Source: an archaeon
GTDB taxonomy: Archaea; Nanobdellota; Nanobdellia; Pacearchaeales; GW2011-AR1
Assembly: GCA_043815105.1 (NCBI GenBank)
Contig: JBDRJI010000030.1
Location: forward strand, 1 to 31,140
Reading direction: 5' to 3'
Length of the DNA stretch: 31,140 bases
Shown: positions 1 to 7,714 of the stretch, piece after piece
Numbering within the stretch: the stretch's first letter is position 1
Layout of the letters: each line of letters begins with the position of its first letter
Notes under the pieces: model-generated
What the model was told of the DNA's origin: nothing
Seen by the model: only the letters and a program-made list of their open reading frames with translations
Database searches by the model: none
Program-made: the position numbers and the translations under genes

Positions 1-344
1 CTAATCCGACCTTTCCTTATCGGCTCGTCCCGAAAAACCGTCCCAATCTGAAATCTCTTATACGGCAACTTCTGATTTTTAGCAATTCTCTTTAGCTGAA
101 AAGTAAACTCAAATCTCAACGCCAACTTTCGCTTCCCCCTATCTTCAAGCTTGAAAACATCACGCACAGCCTCGTCATTAATATTATCCCCTTTCACAAA
201 TTCCTCAAACTCAATCGTAGGTGTTTCAGCCGGTTCAAACCCATAAAGTTCAAACTGCTCCTGAATAATTTTTTTCACCTTCATTCGCTTCAAAGCATCT
301 TCGCCAGTCGCGTCCTGAAATCCTTTAACTGTTTGCGTTTTCAT
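1..344 (-). CDS. hisS: Histidyl-tRNA synthetase, N-terminal part (truncated by window edge)
   Basis: Not in the ORF track. Manual translation from ATG at 344: MKTQTVKGFQD...FELYGFEPAETPTIEFEE...VFKLEDRGKRKLALRFEFTFQLKR...PYKRFQIGTVFRDEPIRKGR. This matches the HisRS N-terminus and motif 2. The ATG overlaps the upstream gene's TGA (ATGA). Confidence 0.93.
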   Translation of the reverse strand, partial: MKTQTVKGFQDATGEDALKRMKVKKIIQEQFELYGFEPAETPTIEFEEFVKGDNINDEAVRDVFKLEDRGKRKLALRFEFTFQLKRIAKNQKLPYKRFQIGTVFRDEPIRKGRI

Positions 345-901
345 CTCTTCACCTCATCTAAATAGTTTTTTAATCTAATTAAAGCTTTCTTTCTCATACT
401 AAATTCATTTTTCTCTTCCAGCGTCATCTCCCCAAAAGTCTTGTCAGAACCCTTCGGCTGAAACAACTTATCCCAACCAAACGCCCTATCGCCTCTAGGT
501 GAAACAATGTCTCCCTCAACCTCACCCTCGAAAAAAGCAATATTCTCACCGTCGGTATATCCAATTATAGTTTTCGCCACCGCACTCCGATTTTCATACC
601 GCTCAACCAAATCAAAAATTCCCTGATCCTTCACGGACTCCAAAAACCACTTTATCAAAGGACCGGGCAAACCATTCAAGCTATTAATATACAAAGAAGT
701 GTCCTCGCAAAAAAACTTTCCAGAATTATTTTTAACGGCTTCTTTTAATTTCTCTTCGATAATTTTCCGCGCATCAAGTTCTTGTATCTCGGGCAAATCC
801 AAATCAATCTGTTCCACGTCGGGAATAATACTTTTAACCTCAATAAGTTTATTTTTGTTCCCAGTTATAAAATATAGTTTTGTCATTTTGTTTTCTCCCA
901 T
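341..901 (-). CDS. rdgB: Non-canonical purine NTP pyrophosphatase (Ham1/ITPase/RdgB family)
   Basis: FITGNKNK, ELDA, EDTSL, NGLPGPLIKWF, FGWDKLF and SMRKKA are Ham1 family motifs. The true start may be MTKLY at 886. Confidence 0.93.
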   Translation of the reverse strand: MGENKMTKLYFITGNKNKLIEVKSIIPDVEQIDLDLPEIQELDARKIIEEKLKEAVKNNSGKFFCEDTSLYINSLNGLPGPLIKWFLESVKDQGIFDLVERYENRSAVAKTIIGYTDGENIAFFEGEVEGDIVSPRGDRAFGWDKLFQPKGSDKTFGEMTLEEKNEFSMRKKALIRLKNYLDEVKR

Positions 902-1347
902 CTAATATACTTTTCATTTTTCTTTCTTTTCATTTTTCTAAATCTAGCTCTCTTAAGAACTTTCCCAGAAGCAGGATTATTTATGTCATGTTCTGCCCAA
1001 ATCATTTTAAGTTTTAAATTGTCAAATCCAAATTTTAATATTTTTTCAGTTGCAATAGTTGCAATTCCTTTCCCCCAATATTCTCTTGCTAAATAAAAAC
1101 CAACTTCTGCAGACATAGTTTTGTCATCAATATTTTCCAAGACAATTCCTCCAGCAAATTTATCATTTATAAGAATAGCAAATTTATATGCATTTTTCTT
1201 TTGAAAAATTTCTTTTAACCCCTTCAGTAAATATCCGGGAACATTATACGTCAACCTATCGCCAACTTCTGGATTTTTTATAGTTTTGATAAAAGAAAAT
1301 AAATCTCTCGCCCCTAGCTTTCTTAATCTTATTTTTTCTTTCACCAT
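883..1347 (-). CDS. GNAT N-acetyltransferase, RimJ/RimL-like
   Basis: AEVGFYLAREYWGKGIAT acetyl-CoA-binding motif and NPASGKVL. Confidence 0.88.
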   Translation of the reverse strand: MVKEKIRLRKLGARDLFSFIKTIKNPEVGDRLTYNVPGYLLKGLKEIFQKKNAYKFAILINDKFAGGIVLENIDDKTMSAEVGFYLAREYWGKGIATIATEKILKFGFDNLKLKMIWAEHDINNPASGKVLKRARFRKMKRKKNEKYIRWEKTK

Positions 1348-1385
1348 TTTGTTTTATTTCTCGAAGACAAATCCTCCAAGAAAGA

Positions 1386-1457
1386 GATGGAAGGCGAGAA
1401 TCGAACTCGCGTCTCACGGACCACAACCGTACATTCTGCCATTGAACTACAACCATC
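1386..1457 (-). tRNA. tRNA-His(GUG) with encoded G-1
   Basis: Minus strand folds as G-1 ATGGTTG TA GTTC..GAAT G TACGG TT GTG GT CCGTG AGAC GCGAG TTCGATT CTCGC CTTCCAT C73. G-1:C73 is the His identity element. The acceptor stem has two U-U mismatches and CCA is not encoded. Confidence 0.9.
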
Positions 1458-1619
1458 ATTGTATGCCCCGCCCAATTTCAAATACATCAGGTAGGGTTGT
1501 TATTTAATTGAGAATTTGGTATAAAAAGTTTGTTATCAAGCAAACTCTTAGAATAAAAAATTGCGCCGACGATTTCTCGCCCGACGGCTTAAAAAAAACA
1601 AAAAAGTTGTGTAAGATAT

Positions 1620-1898
1620 TTAAGCCGTTTCTTCCGAATTTTCAGTTTCATCTGCCGTAGCAGTTTCTTCTGTCTCTTCTTCGGATTCAGCTTCTGCTTC
1701 TTCGCTATCCTCTTCAGCTGGAGTCTCAGCTTTCTCAGACTCGTCCTCAGACTCAGATTCAGCAGGTGCGACTTCTTCAGCCTCTTCTACTGTTTCTTCA
1801 GTTGCGATATCAGCAGCTTCTTCCACTGGAGTCTCAGTCGATTCAGCCTCAGGGGCAGTCTCAACGGATTCCGTAGGGGTTACTGTTTCTTCTTCCAT
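1620..1898 (-). CDS. Small, highly acidic low-complexity protein (E/A/T/S-rich)
   Basis: MEEETVTPTESVETAPEAES... with consistent GAA/GAG codon use. The ATG at 1898 is a more likely start than the track's 1940. Confidence 0.7.
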   Translation of the reverse strand: MEEETVTPTESVETAPEAESTETPVEEAADIATEETVEEAEEVAPAESESEDESEKAETPAEEDSEEAEAESEEETEETATADETENSEETA

Positions 1899-2001
1899 TA
1901 ATAAAAAAATCAAAAATTCTTTATAAAGATATAGGTGCACTAATTAATAACGTCACAAATATTTTCAAAAACTTTTTATAGTTCGACATCGTAAGAAATC
2001 T

Positions 2002-2199
2002 ATGGTGTTGCAATATAAGGCAAAATCAGCTACGAGGTGGAAAGATTATCCGGGCAAGGATAAAATTGAAGGTAACCCTGACGAGTATGACTTTAGACTT
2101 TTAAATAAAGACAAAACAAAAGTTTTGGTCGAAAAAGGAAACTATGAAAAAGTCTTGAAGCGATTCCGACAGATAGAATTCTTTAAACATAAAGGTTGA
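2002..2199 (+). CDS. Small hypothetical protein (65 aa)
   Basis: ATG-started ORF with normal composition and a TATA-like TTTTATA about 20 nt upstream. No recognisable family. Confidence 0.6.
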   Translation: MVLQYKAKSATRWKDYPGKDKIEGNPDEYDFRLLNKDKTKVLVEKGNYEKVLKRFRQIEFFKHKG

Positions 2200-2557
2200 T
2201 AACAATCCAACTTACCAACGAAACTACCACTCCAAGCGTAGCTCCCAAAAAAACTTTCCATCTATTTTCTCCTAAATATACCAGAGATACCAACATCAAA
2301 ACATAAATCAGCGACGCAAAAATAGTGAATGGGAGATGGGCATAATGAATTGATAAAAAAATCAAAATAATTATAGCGAGTCCAGAATGCAAATTAAATT
2401 TTGCGAAAATAGCTATCGATACAAACAATGCAACAGCGAGAGAAATTTTTGAAAGATAAATCCAATCTTGCAATATCGCGATTCTTGCCACAACTAGACT
2501 CACAAATGGGATTCCGCCGAGGGCAACGAAATCTCTCGCTAATTCCTGAAGTTTCAT
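2183..2557 (-). CDS. Small multi-pass membrane protein, possibly PAP2-like
   Basis: About four hydrophobic segments; ARDFVALGG N-terminus and HSG motif. ATGA overlap with the topoisomerase stop suggests translational coupling. Confidence 0.65.
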   Translation of the reverse strand: MKLQELARDFVALGGIPFVSLVVARIAILQDWIYLSKISLAVALFVSIAIFAKFNLHSGLAIIILIFLSIHYAHLPFTIFASLIYVLMLVSLVYLGENRWKVFLGATLGVVVSLVSWIVINLYV

Positions 2558-3579
2558 TGTATCAGTCTCCCAATTTTTTCAACCAATTCTGGCCAGACAT
2601 AATGATGAAGAGTCACTTGATACGAATTTTCCCACCCTAACTTTTTAGAAAATTTCTTATGTCCCAACTTTTCCGCAATCTTCAGATAAAATTTCTCTGC
2701 TTCATCTTTTGAGATTTTTTTCTTTTTCCTTAAAAATTTCTCTGTTTCATCGGTAGCATAATGAGACCGAACAATGTGCGGATAAAATTTCTTCCCACAA
2801 TATTTTTCGAATGCTAGTTCAAATGCAGTGTCTTTTAACGGACGCCCCCTTGAATCGATAAAAACAAAATCGTTCATCTTCCTCGGTCCTAAAACTTTTT
2901 TCAATTTTTCAATTACTGCATTGGAAAAATTCTCACTCGTCTTTTGCGGCACTCCATCTTTAGCAATATAATCAAATGCTATCTTGTTTCCAACAATTTT
3001 AATATTTTTTTTCTTTAACGTAGTCAATCCTTTATGATGATTTTGCAAATAATAAATTTCATTCCCCACTCTCATCTTTGTCTTTAATAAAATTAACATC
3101 GGCAAGACTAGAGCATCATCATTAATGGCTTTGATTAAATTTTTTTTCAATCTTGGCAAACATTTAGAAAACTCATTAACTTTTTTGTATTTAGCTGCCG
3201 TTGATAGTTTCATTTTTTCAACACTATAAACATAAGCAAACTCTCCGTTCGGATTTTTAAAAATAATATCCCAATGCGAATTTGACTTTTCGTCATGAAT
3301 ATTCAATTCTGGTGCAAATAAAGAATATGCCTTATTTAATTTTCTTCCGTCGGGTAAAATTCCAATTCTCTCGCCAATAATTTTTTCTTGCGAAAATCCA
3401 CCTTTTAAAAATTTCGGTTTCCTTGCATCAATAATCATCTTCAAATTATTATGTTTCTTAAAAAGTTCGGCAACAGCAACGGCTTCAGGAAACTTATGCG
3501 CACATTTTTTGCAGGATTTCCCATTAATTTCACAAACCGAAAAGTCTGAAGATTTAATCCGATAAACAACATCTCTCAT
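2554..3579 (-). CDS. DNA topoisomerase IB, short bacterial/poxvirus-type
   Basis: KMRVGNEIYY..GLTTL, FDYIAKDG, HIVRSHYAT, LGH and HHYV supply the R-K-R-H-Y catalytic set. Start moved to ATG 3579 because TTTATATA ends 22 nt upstream. Confidence 0.85.
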   Translation of the reverse strand: MRDVVYRIKSSDFSVCEINGKSCKKCAHKFPEAVAVAELFKKHNNLKMIIDARKPKFLKGGFSQEKIIGERIGILPDGRKLNKAYSLFAPELNIHDEKSNSHWDIIFKNPNGEFAYVYSVEKMKLSTAAKYKKVNEFSKCLPRLKKNLIKAINDDALVLPMLILLKTKMRVGNEIYYLQNHHKGLTTLKKKNIKIVGNKIAFDYIAKDGVPQKTSENFSNAVIEKLKKVLGPRKMNDFVFIDSRGRPLKDTAFELAFEKYCGKKFYPHIVRSHYATDETEKFLRKKKKISKDEAEKFYLKIAEKLGHKKFSKKLGWENSYQVTLHHYVWPELVEKIGRLIQ

Positions 3580-3673
3580 TTTAAATGGACGACGATGAGC
3601 TATATAAATATTTTGTAGTCTGGCGTCTAAAGATACTGTTCTTTTAATCGACAGCGCCCCCTCCAACACAACC

Positions 3674-3681
3674 TTTAAAAA
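3674..3681 (+). promoter_or_regulatory. TATA box of the degenerate tRNA-Glu copy
   Basis: TTTAAAAA, last base 24 nt before G1 (3705). Confidence 0.6.
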
Positions 3682-3704
3682 TCATAACCGATGTTTAAAT
3701 ATAC

Positions 3705-3838
3705 GCTCCGGTAGTCTAGTGGCCAAGGATTCCTATTCACGATTTGCACCTCGTAAAATATTTTAATTTTTTTTGTTTTACTCGGAGCAAATTGCTCACC
3801 CTTTCAGTCGGCAACGACCTGGGTTCAAATCCAATAGC
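3705..3838 (+). pseudogene. Degenerate upstream duplicate of tRNA-Glu
   Basis: First 26 nt match the tRNA at 3874 with one difference. A 60-nt insertion follows (3731-3790), then ATTG..CCCTTTCA..CGGCAACGACCTGGGTTCAAATCC, but the 3' acceptor strand is missing. Confidence 0.8.
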
Positions 3839-3842
3839 AAGT

Positions 3843-3850
3843 TTTAAAAA
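3843..3850 (+). promoter_or_regulatory. TATA box of tRNA-Glu
   Basis: TTTAAAAA, last base 24 nt before G1 (3874). Confidence 0.65.
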
Positions 3851-3873
3851 TCAAATTCGATGTTTAAATATAC

Positions 3874-3946
3874 GCTCCAGTAGTCTAGTGGCCAAGGATA
3901 TTGCCCTTTCACGGCAACGACCCGGGTTCAAATCCCGGCTGGAGCG
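3874..3946 (+). tRNA. tRNA-Glu(UUC)
   Basis: GCTCCAG/CTGGAGC acceptor, TTGCC-CT TTC AC-GGCAA anticodon arm, CCGGG TTCAAAT CCCGG T-arm. Confidence 0.95.
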
Positions 3947-4114
3947 TATTACCTTTTTGGGATTTGAACAGTTCAAATTGGAATTCGAAGAATTGCATGC
4001 ACAGCCGAGGTGGGAGCGTTTACGAGAAATAAGAATTGCCAATATCTTCCCATCCTCTATTTTTCCTCAGTGTTATTACTCTTTCATTTAACGCTCAATA
4101 CAAACACATAAAAA

Positions 4115-5098
4115 GTGAAATTCACCAATATTATTATGACAGAAAAAGAAAATCAGCAAGTCAATAATTTGATTTTTAAGGAATTAATTAAGCGCGGATA
4201 TTCAGAGAAGAATGGTTCTAAAACATGGAACCTTGCAGATTCAAAATTAATTTTTTGTTCAAATGATGAGGGGCAGGCGTTTTTTGATTTTGAGAAAAAC
4301 TCTCGGTATCAAAATAAAATCGACCTCCAAGAAATTAATACAATCAAGGAGAATATTAAAGAGATTAAAAATAATATTAAAGATAAAGCTGTAAATATTG
4401 TAGATCTTGGATGCGGAAGTGGAAAAAAGGCGGCGGATATTATCCAAAGACTAAAATTAAAAGATTTTAAAATTAGATACTGCCCCGTTGATATCAATAG
4501 CGATTTAGTACGAATGGCTACAGATACGGTCAGAAAAGAAAATCCGGAAGAGGTTATAAAAATGCAATGGATAGTCTCTGACTTTGACAATATTGAAAAC
4601 ATTGCGAAGTCTATTCGCTATAAGGAATATCAGAAAAACGTATTTTTACTTCTCGGAAACACAATGGAAAATCTAGATATCCATGAAATATTATACAGTA
4701 TTCGTAGATCAATGCGAGAAGGAGATTTATTAATTCTAGGAAATAGCATCTGGAATAAGGAATCTCAAGAAATGCTTGAATTGTATAAAAAATCAACCAC
4801 ATTAAAGAAATTATTAATAAATATTCCAATGGGTCTCGGATTTAAAGAACAAGAACTCGAGATGGATATTGGGTTTAAAGAATCTAGGATTGAAGTTTAT
4901 TATAATATTAAAATTAATAAGACAGTAGAGTTATACGGAAAAAAAATTGAATTCAAAAAAGGAGATAGACTCCTGGTTTTATTATCTTATAAATACGAGA
5001 AAAAAGATCTTATCGAAATTTTGAATATGTACTTTGACAATGTGAACATGAAGATTTCAGAGGATGGCTTCTATTCGGTTTCTATTTGCAAGAAGTAA
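4115..5098 (+). CDS. SAM-dependent methyltransferase, EgtD (L-histidine N-alpha-methyltransferase) family
   Basis: IVDLGCGSGKK, YCPVDIN, LLGNTMENL and GDLLILG follow the EgtD-family motif order. GTG start at 4115 or ATG at 4136. Confidence 0.75.
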   Translation: MKFTNIIMTEKENQQVNNLIFKELIKRGYSEKNGSKTWNLADSKLIFCSNDEGQAFFDFEKNSRYQNKIDLQEINTIKENIKEIKNNIKDKAVNIVDLGCGSGKKAADIIQRLKLKDFKIRYCPVDINSDLVRMATDTVRKENPEEVIKMQWIVSDFDNIENIAKSIRYKEYQKNVFLLLGNTMENLDIHEILYSIRRSMREGDLLILGNSIWNKESQEMLELYKKSTTLKKLLINIPMGLGFKEQELEMDIGFKESRIEVYYNIKINKTVELYGKKIEFKKGDRLLVLLSYKYEKKDLIEILNMYFDNVNMKISEDGFYSVSICKK

Positions 5099-5131
5099 TT
5101 TACATTTATGTGATTTCAAGAAAAAGAAATC

Positions 5132-5139
5132 TTTTTATA
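5132..5139 (+). promoter_or_regulatory. TATA box (with A-rich BRE-like upstream tract) of tRNA-Ile
   Basis: AGAAAAAGAAATC then TTTTTATA, last base 24 nt before G1 (5163). Confidence 0.65.
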
Positions 5140-5162
5140 TCCGACTTATTCAATAGTTGTAT

Positions 5163-5279
5163 GAGCCTGTAGCTCAGCCTGGTTAGAGCGCCAGTCTTAT
5201 AAGTCTGCAGTCCTTCGGGATTGTATTAGCTTTCGTCTAAGAAAGCTGGAGGCCCGGGGTTCAAATCCCCGCAGGCTCA
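5163..5279 (+). tRNA. tRNA-Ile(UAU) with 42-nt BHB intron at 37/38 (5202-5243)
   Basis: GAGCCTG/CAGGCTC acceptor, CCAGT-CT TAT A^A-GCTGG arm, CGGGG TTCAAAT CCCCG T-arm. BHB central helix CTTA (32-35) pairs with intron TAAG; the bulges are TA^A and AA^A. Confidence 0.92.
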
Positions 5280-5359
5280 TATGGATTTGAACCAGGTTCA
5301 ATACCCTACCCAATAATAAATTAAAATTGGGAGGGGCAGACCCATCCCCGCAGGCTCAT
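5265..5359 (+). repeat. 16-bp direct repeat of the tRNA-Ile 3' end (5265-5280 and 5344-5359)
   Basis: ATCCCCGCAGGCTCAT occurs twice, 63 nt apart. Confidence 0.9.
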
Positions 5360-5375
5360 TTGGAATTTAAATAAA

Positions 5376-6557
5376 ATGTTATTAGGATTAGTAGGAAAAC
5401 CGTCATGTGGAAAATCAACGTTCTTTAAGGCAGCGACGCTATCGGACGTTCTTATTGCGTCATATCCTTTTGCAACGATTGAGCCGAATCACGGAATTGG
5501 TTATGTTCGGGTCGATGCTCTTTGTAAGGAACTTGGTGTAAAATGCAACCCGCGAACAGGATTTTGTACAGGCAAGATACGATTTGTCCCAGTGGAACTG
5601 ATGGATGTCGCAGGATTAGTAAAGGGTGCTTCAGAAGGAAAGGGATTAGGTAATCAATTTTTAGACTCTTTAAGGCAAGCCAATATGTTCATCCATGTCG
5701 TTGATGTATCTGGAACAACCGACAGCGAGGGCAAAGAGGGCACAGGTAATCCAATTGAAGATATTAAAATGTTAGAGAACGAACTTGACAAATGGTATGG
5801 GGCAATTTTTGAGAGAGTCTGGAATAAATTATCCAGAACGATTCAGATGACAAAACAAAATTTTGCTGTTGAAGTTGCAAAACAATTCTCGGGCTTGAGA
5901 GTTAAAGAAGAGGATGTGAAATCTGTCTTGTTAAAATTAAAACTTAACCCCGAATCTCCCGCATCTTGGTCTGAACAGGATTTATCAAATTTTACAAAAA
6001 CGTTACGACATTCAACAAAACCAATGCTAATCGCTGCAAATAAAATTGACAAGTCCAGCGCGAAAGAAAATCTTGAAAAATTAAAATTCGAATTTCCGAA
6101 CATTGAGATAATTCCGTGTTCCGCCGACGCTGAATTATCACTGAGGCAAGCCGCGAATGCAGGAATGATTGAGTACATACAGGGCGATTCATCCTTTATA
6201 ATTAATGAGGATAAGGTAAATGAAAAGCAAAAGATGGCATTAAATTCAATCAAGGAAAATGTTCTAGATAAATTCGGCTCAACAGGAGTTCAAGATATTC
6301 TTGACAAAGCAGTATTTGAACTTTTAAATTATATTGCCATTTTCCCAGCCGGTTCAAAACTTGCGGACAGCAAGGGCAATGTTCTTCCAGATTGCTTTCT
6401 GCTTCCGGGAGGCTCGACTGCGCTTGATTTTGCCTACTCGCTTCATACAGACATTGGAGATAAATTCGTAAAAGCAATTGATGTTAGAACGAAACAGCCC
6501 GTCGGTAAAAACCACCCGCTTAAGCATCGAGATGGAATAGAAATAATGACAAGATAA
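5376..6557 (+). CDS. ychF: Obg-like translation-associated NTPase YchF (archaeal type, C-terminal TGS domain)
   Basis: GKPSCGKST, YPFATIEPN, DVAGLVKGA, NKID, and TGS motif HTDIG. Confidence 0.93.
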   Translation: MLLGLVGKPSCGKSTFFKAATLSDVLIASYPFATIEPNHGIGYVRVDALCKELGVKCNPRTGFCTGKIRFVPVELMDVAGLVKGASEGKGLGNQFLDSLRQANMFIHVVDVSGTTDSEGKEGTGNPIEDIKMLENELDKWYGAIFERVWNKLSRTIQMTKQNFAVEVAKQFSGLRVKEEDVKSVLLKLKLNPESPASWSEQDLSNFTKTLRHSTKPMLIAANKIDKSSAKENLEKLKFEFPNIEIIPCSADAELSLRQAANAGMIEYIQGDSSFIINEDKVNEKQKMALNSIKENVLDKFGSTGVQDILDKAVFELLNYIAIFPAGSKLADSKGNVLPDCFLLPGGSTALDFAYSLHTDIGDKFVKAIDVRTKQPVGKNHPLKHRDGIEIMTR

Positions 6558-6764
6558 TTCCATCGAGGCGAGATGGCGAACGTCTTTGCTCTTGCGACCA
6601 ATAAATATTAAACTATCTTGAGCGAGAGTGAAGTGTGAGTAGATAGAAATTATGACTAGATGAAAATATAATATAGCAACCAATCATGCCTTTATATCTT
6701 TATCGTCCTAAAATATGCATTATTATTTTCCATATAATTTATAAGCCAATAATTCTCAAATATT

Positions 6765-7682
6765 GTGATGGTAAAACATTTAATTGAATCACAACAATTT
6801 ACCAAAGAGCGTATGTTTAATCTTTTTAATAGAGCCGACGAACTTCGAACATCCCCAAGTAATTCTTTAAAGGGAAAGGTTTTGACGACGTTATTTTATG
6901 AACCAAGCACGCGGACGCGATTGAGTTTTGAATCGGCGATGTTAAAAATGGGCGGACAGATTATGGGAACTGAAAATGCCAGAGAGTTCTCATCTGACTC
7001 TAAGGGAGAATCTTTAGTGGATACAATTAGAGTTATCGCGGCATATTCCGACGCTATTGTTATGCGACACAACAAAGAAGGTTCTGCGGAAAAGGCATCG
7101 GAGGTAAGCGACGTTCCAATTATAAATGGTGGCGAAGGTAAAGGTCAGCATCCGACTCAGGCCCTTTTGGATACATATACGATTTACAGAGAAATCGGAA
7201 AACTTGATAATATAAAAATCGCAATGGTCGGCGACCTTGCTTCCGGGAGAACGGTTCGGTCCCTGTGTTATCTCCTCGGAAAATTCTCGGGAGTAAAAAT
7301 AACATTTGTATCTCCTACTAATCTAAAAATAGATCAAGAAATTAAAGACTATCTAGAAAAACACAATGTAGAATTTACCGAAGAAGATAGTTTGGAAAAA
7401 GTGTTGCCAACTATCGACGTGGTGTATATGACCCGAATTCAAAAAGAAAGAATAAGTCAAGAAGATTATGAAAAAGCTAAGGGTAAATTTGTTATAAATG
7501 ATGCAAATCTGGAACTTATTTCTGAAGGTGCTATAATTATGCATCCACTTCCCCACGTCGAAGAAATTGATATATCCATTGATAAAGAACAAACCGACTC
7601 GCGAGTTGCTTATTTCCGTCAGGCAGAAAATGGTCTTTACATTAGAATGGCTCTTCTCGAGGAACTTCTTCTTGCAAACTAA
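6765..7682 (+). CDS. pyrB: Aspartate carbamoyltransferase catalytic subunit
   Basis: FYEPSTRTRLSFE, HPTQALLD, YMTRIQKER, MHPLP, YFRQAENG. Confidence 0.97.
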   Translation: MMVKHLIESQQFTKERMFNLFNRADELRTSPSNSLKGKVLTTLFYEPSTRTRLSFESAMLKMGGQIMGTENAREFSSDSKGESLVDTIRVIAAYSDAIVMRHNKEGSAEKASEVSDVPIINGGEGKGQHPTQALLDTYTIYREIGKLDNIKIAMVGDLASGRTVRSLCYLLGKFSGVKITFVSPTNLKIDQEIKDYLEKHNVEFTEEDSLEKVLPTIDVVYMTRIQKERISQEDYEKAKGKFVINDANLELISEGAIIMHPLPHVEEIDISIDKEQTDSRVAYFRQAENGLYIRMALLEELLLAN

Positions 7683-7714
7683 ATACTTATAATCCCAAAC
7701 CGACTTCTATATTT

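Noticed and set aside
3580-3669. GTG-started N-terminal extension of the topoisomerase
   Set aside because: A TATA box at leaderless spacing supports ATG 3579; the extension covers the promoter region.
6558-6760. Minus-strand ORF 6354-6683 or a short remnant (MIGCYIIFSS...) faintly like a GIY-YIG N-terminus
   Set aside because: The long ORF overlaps ychF in antisense, and the short one stops after 24 codons without the rest of the motif.
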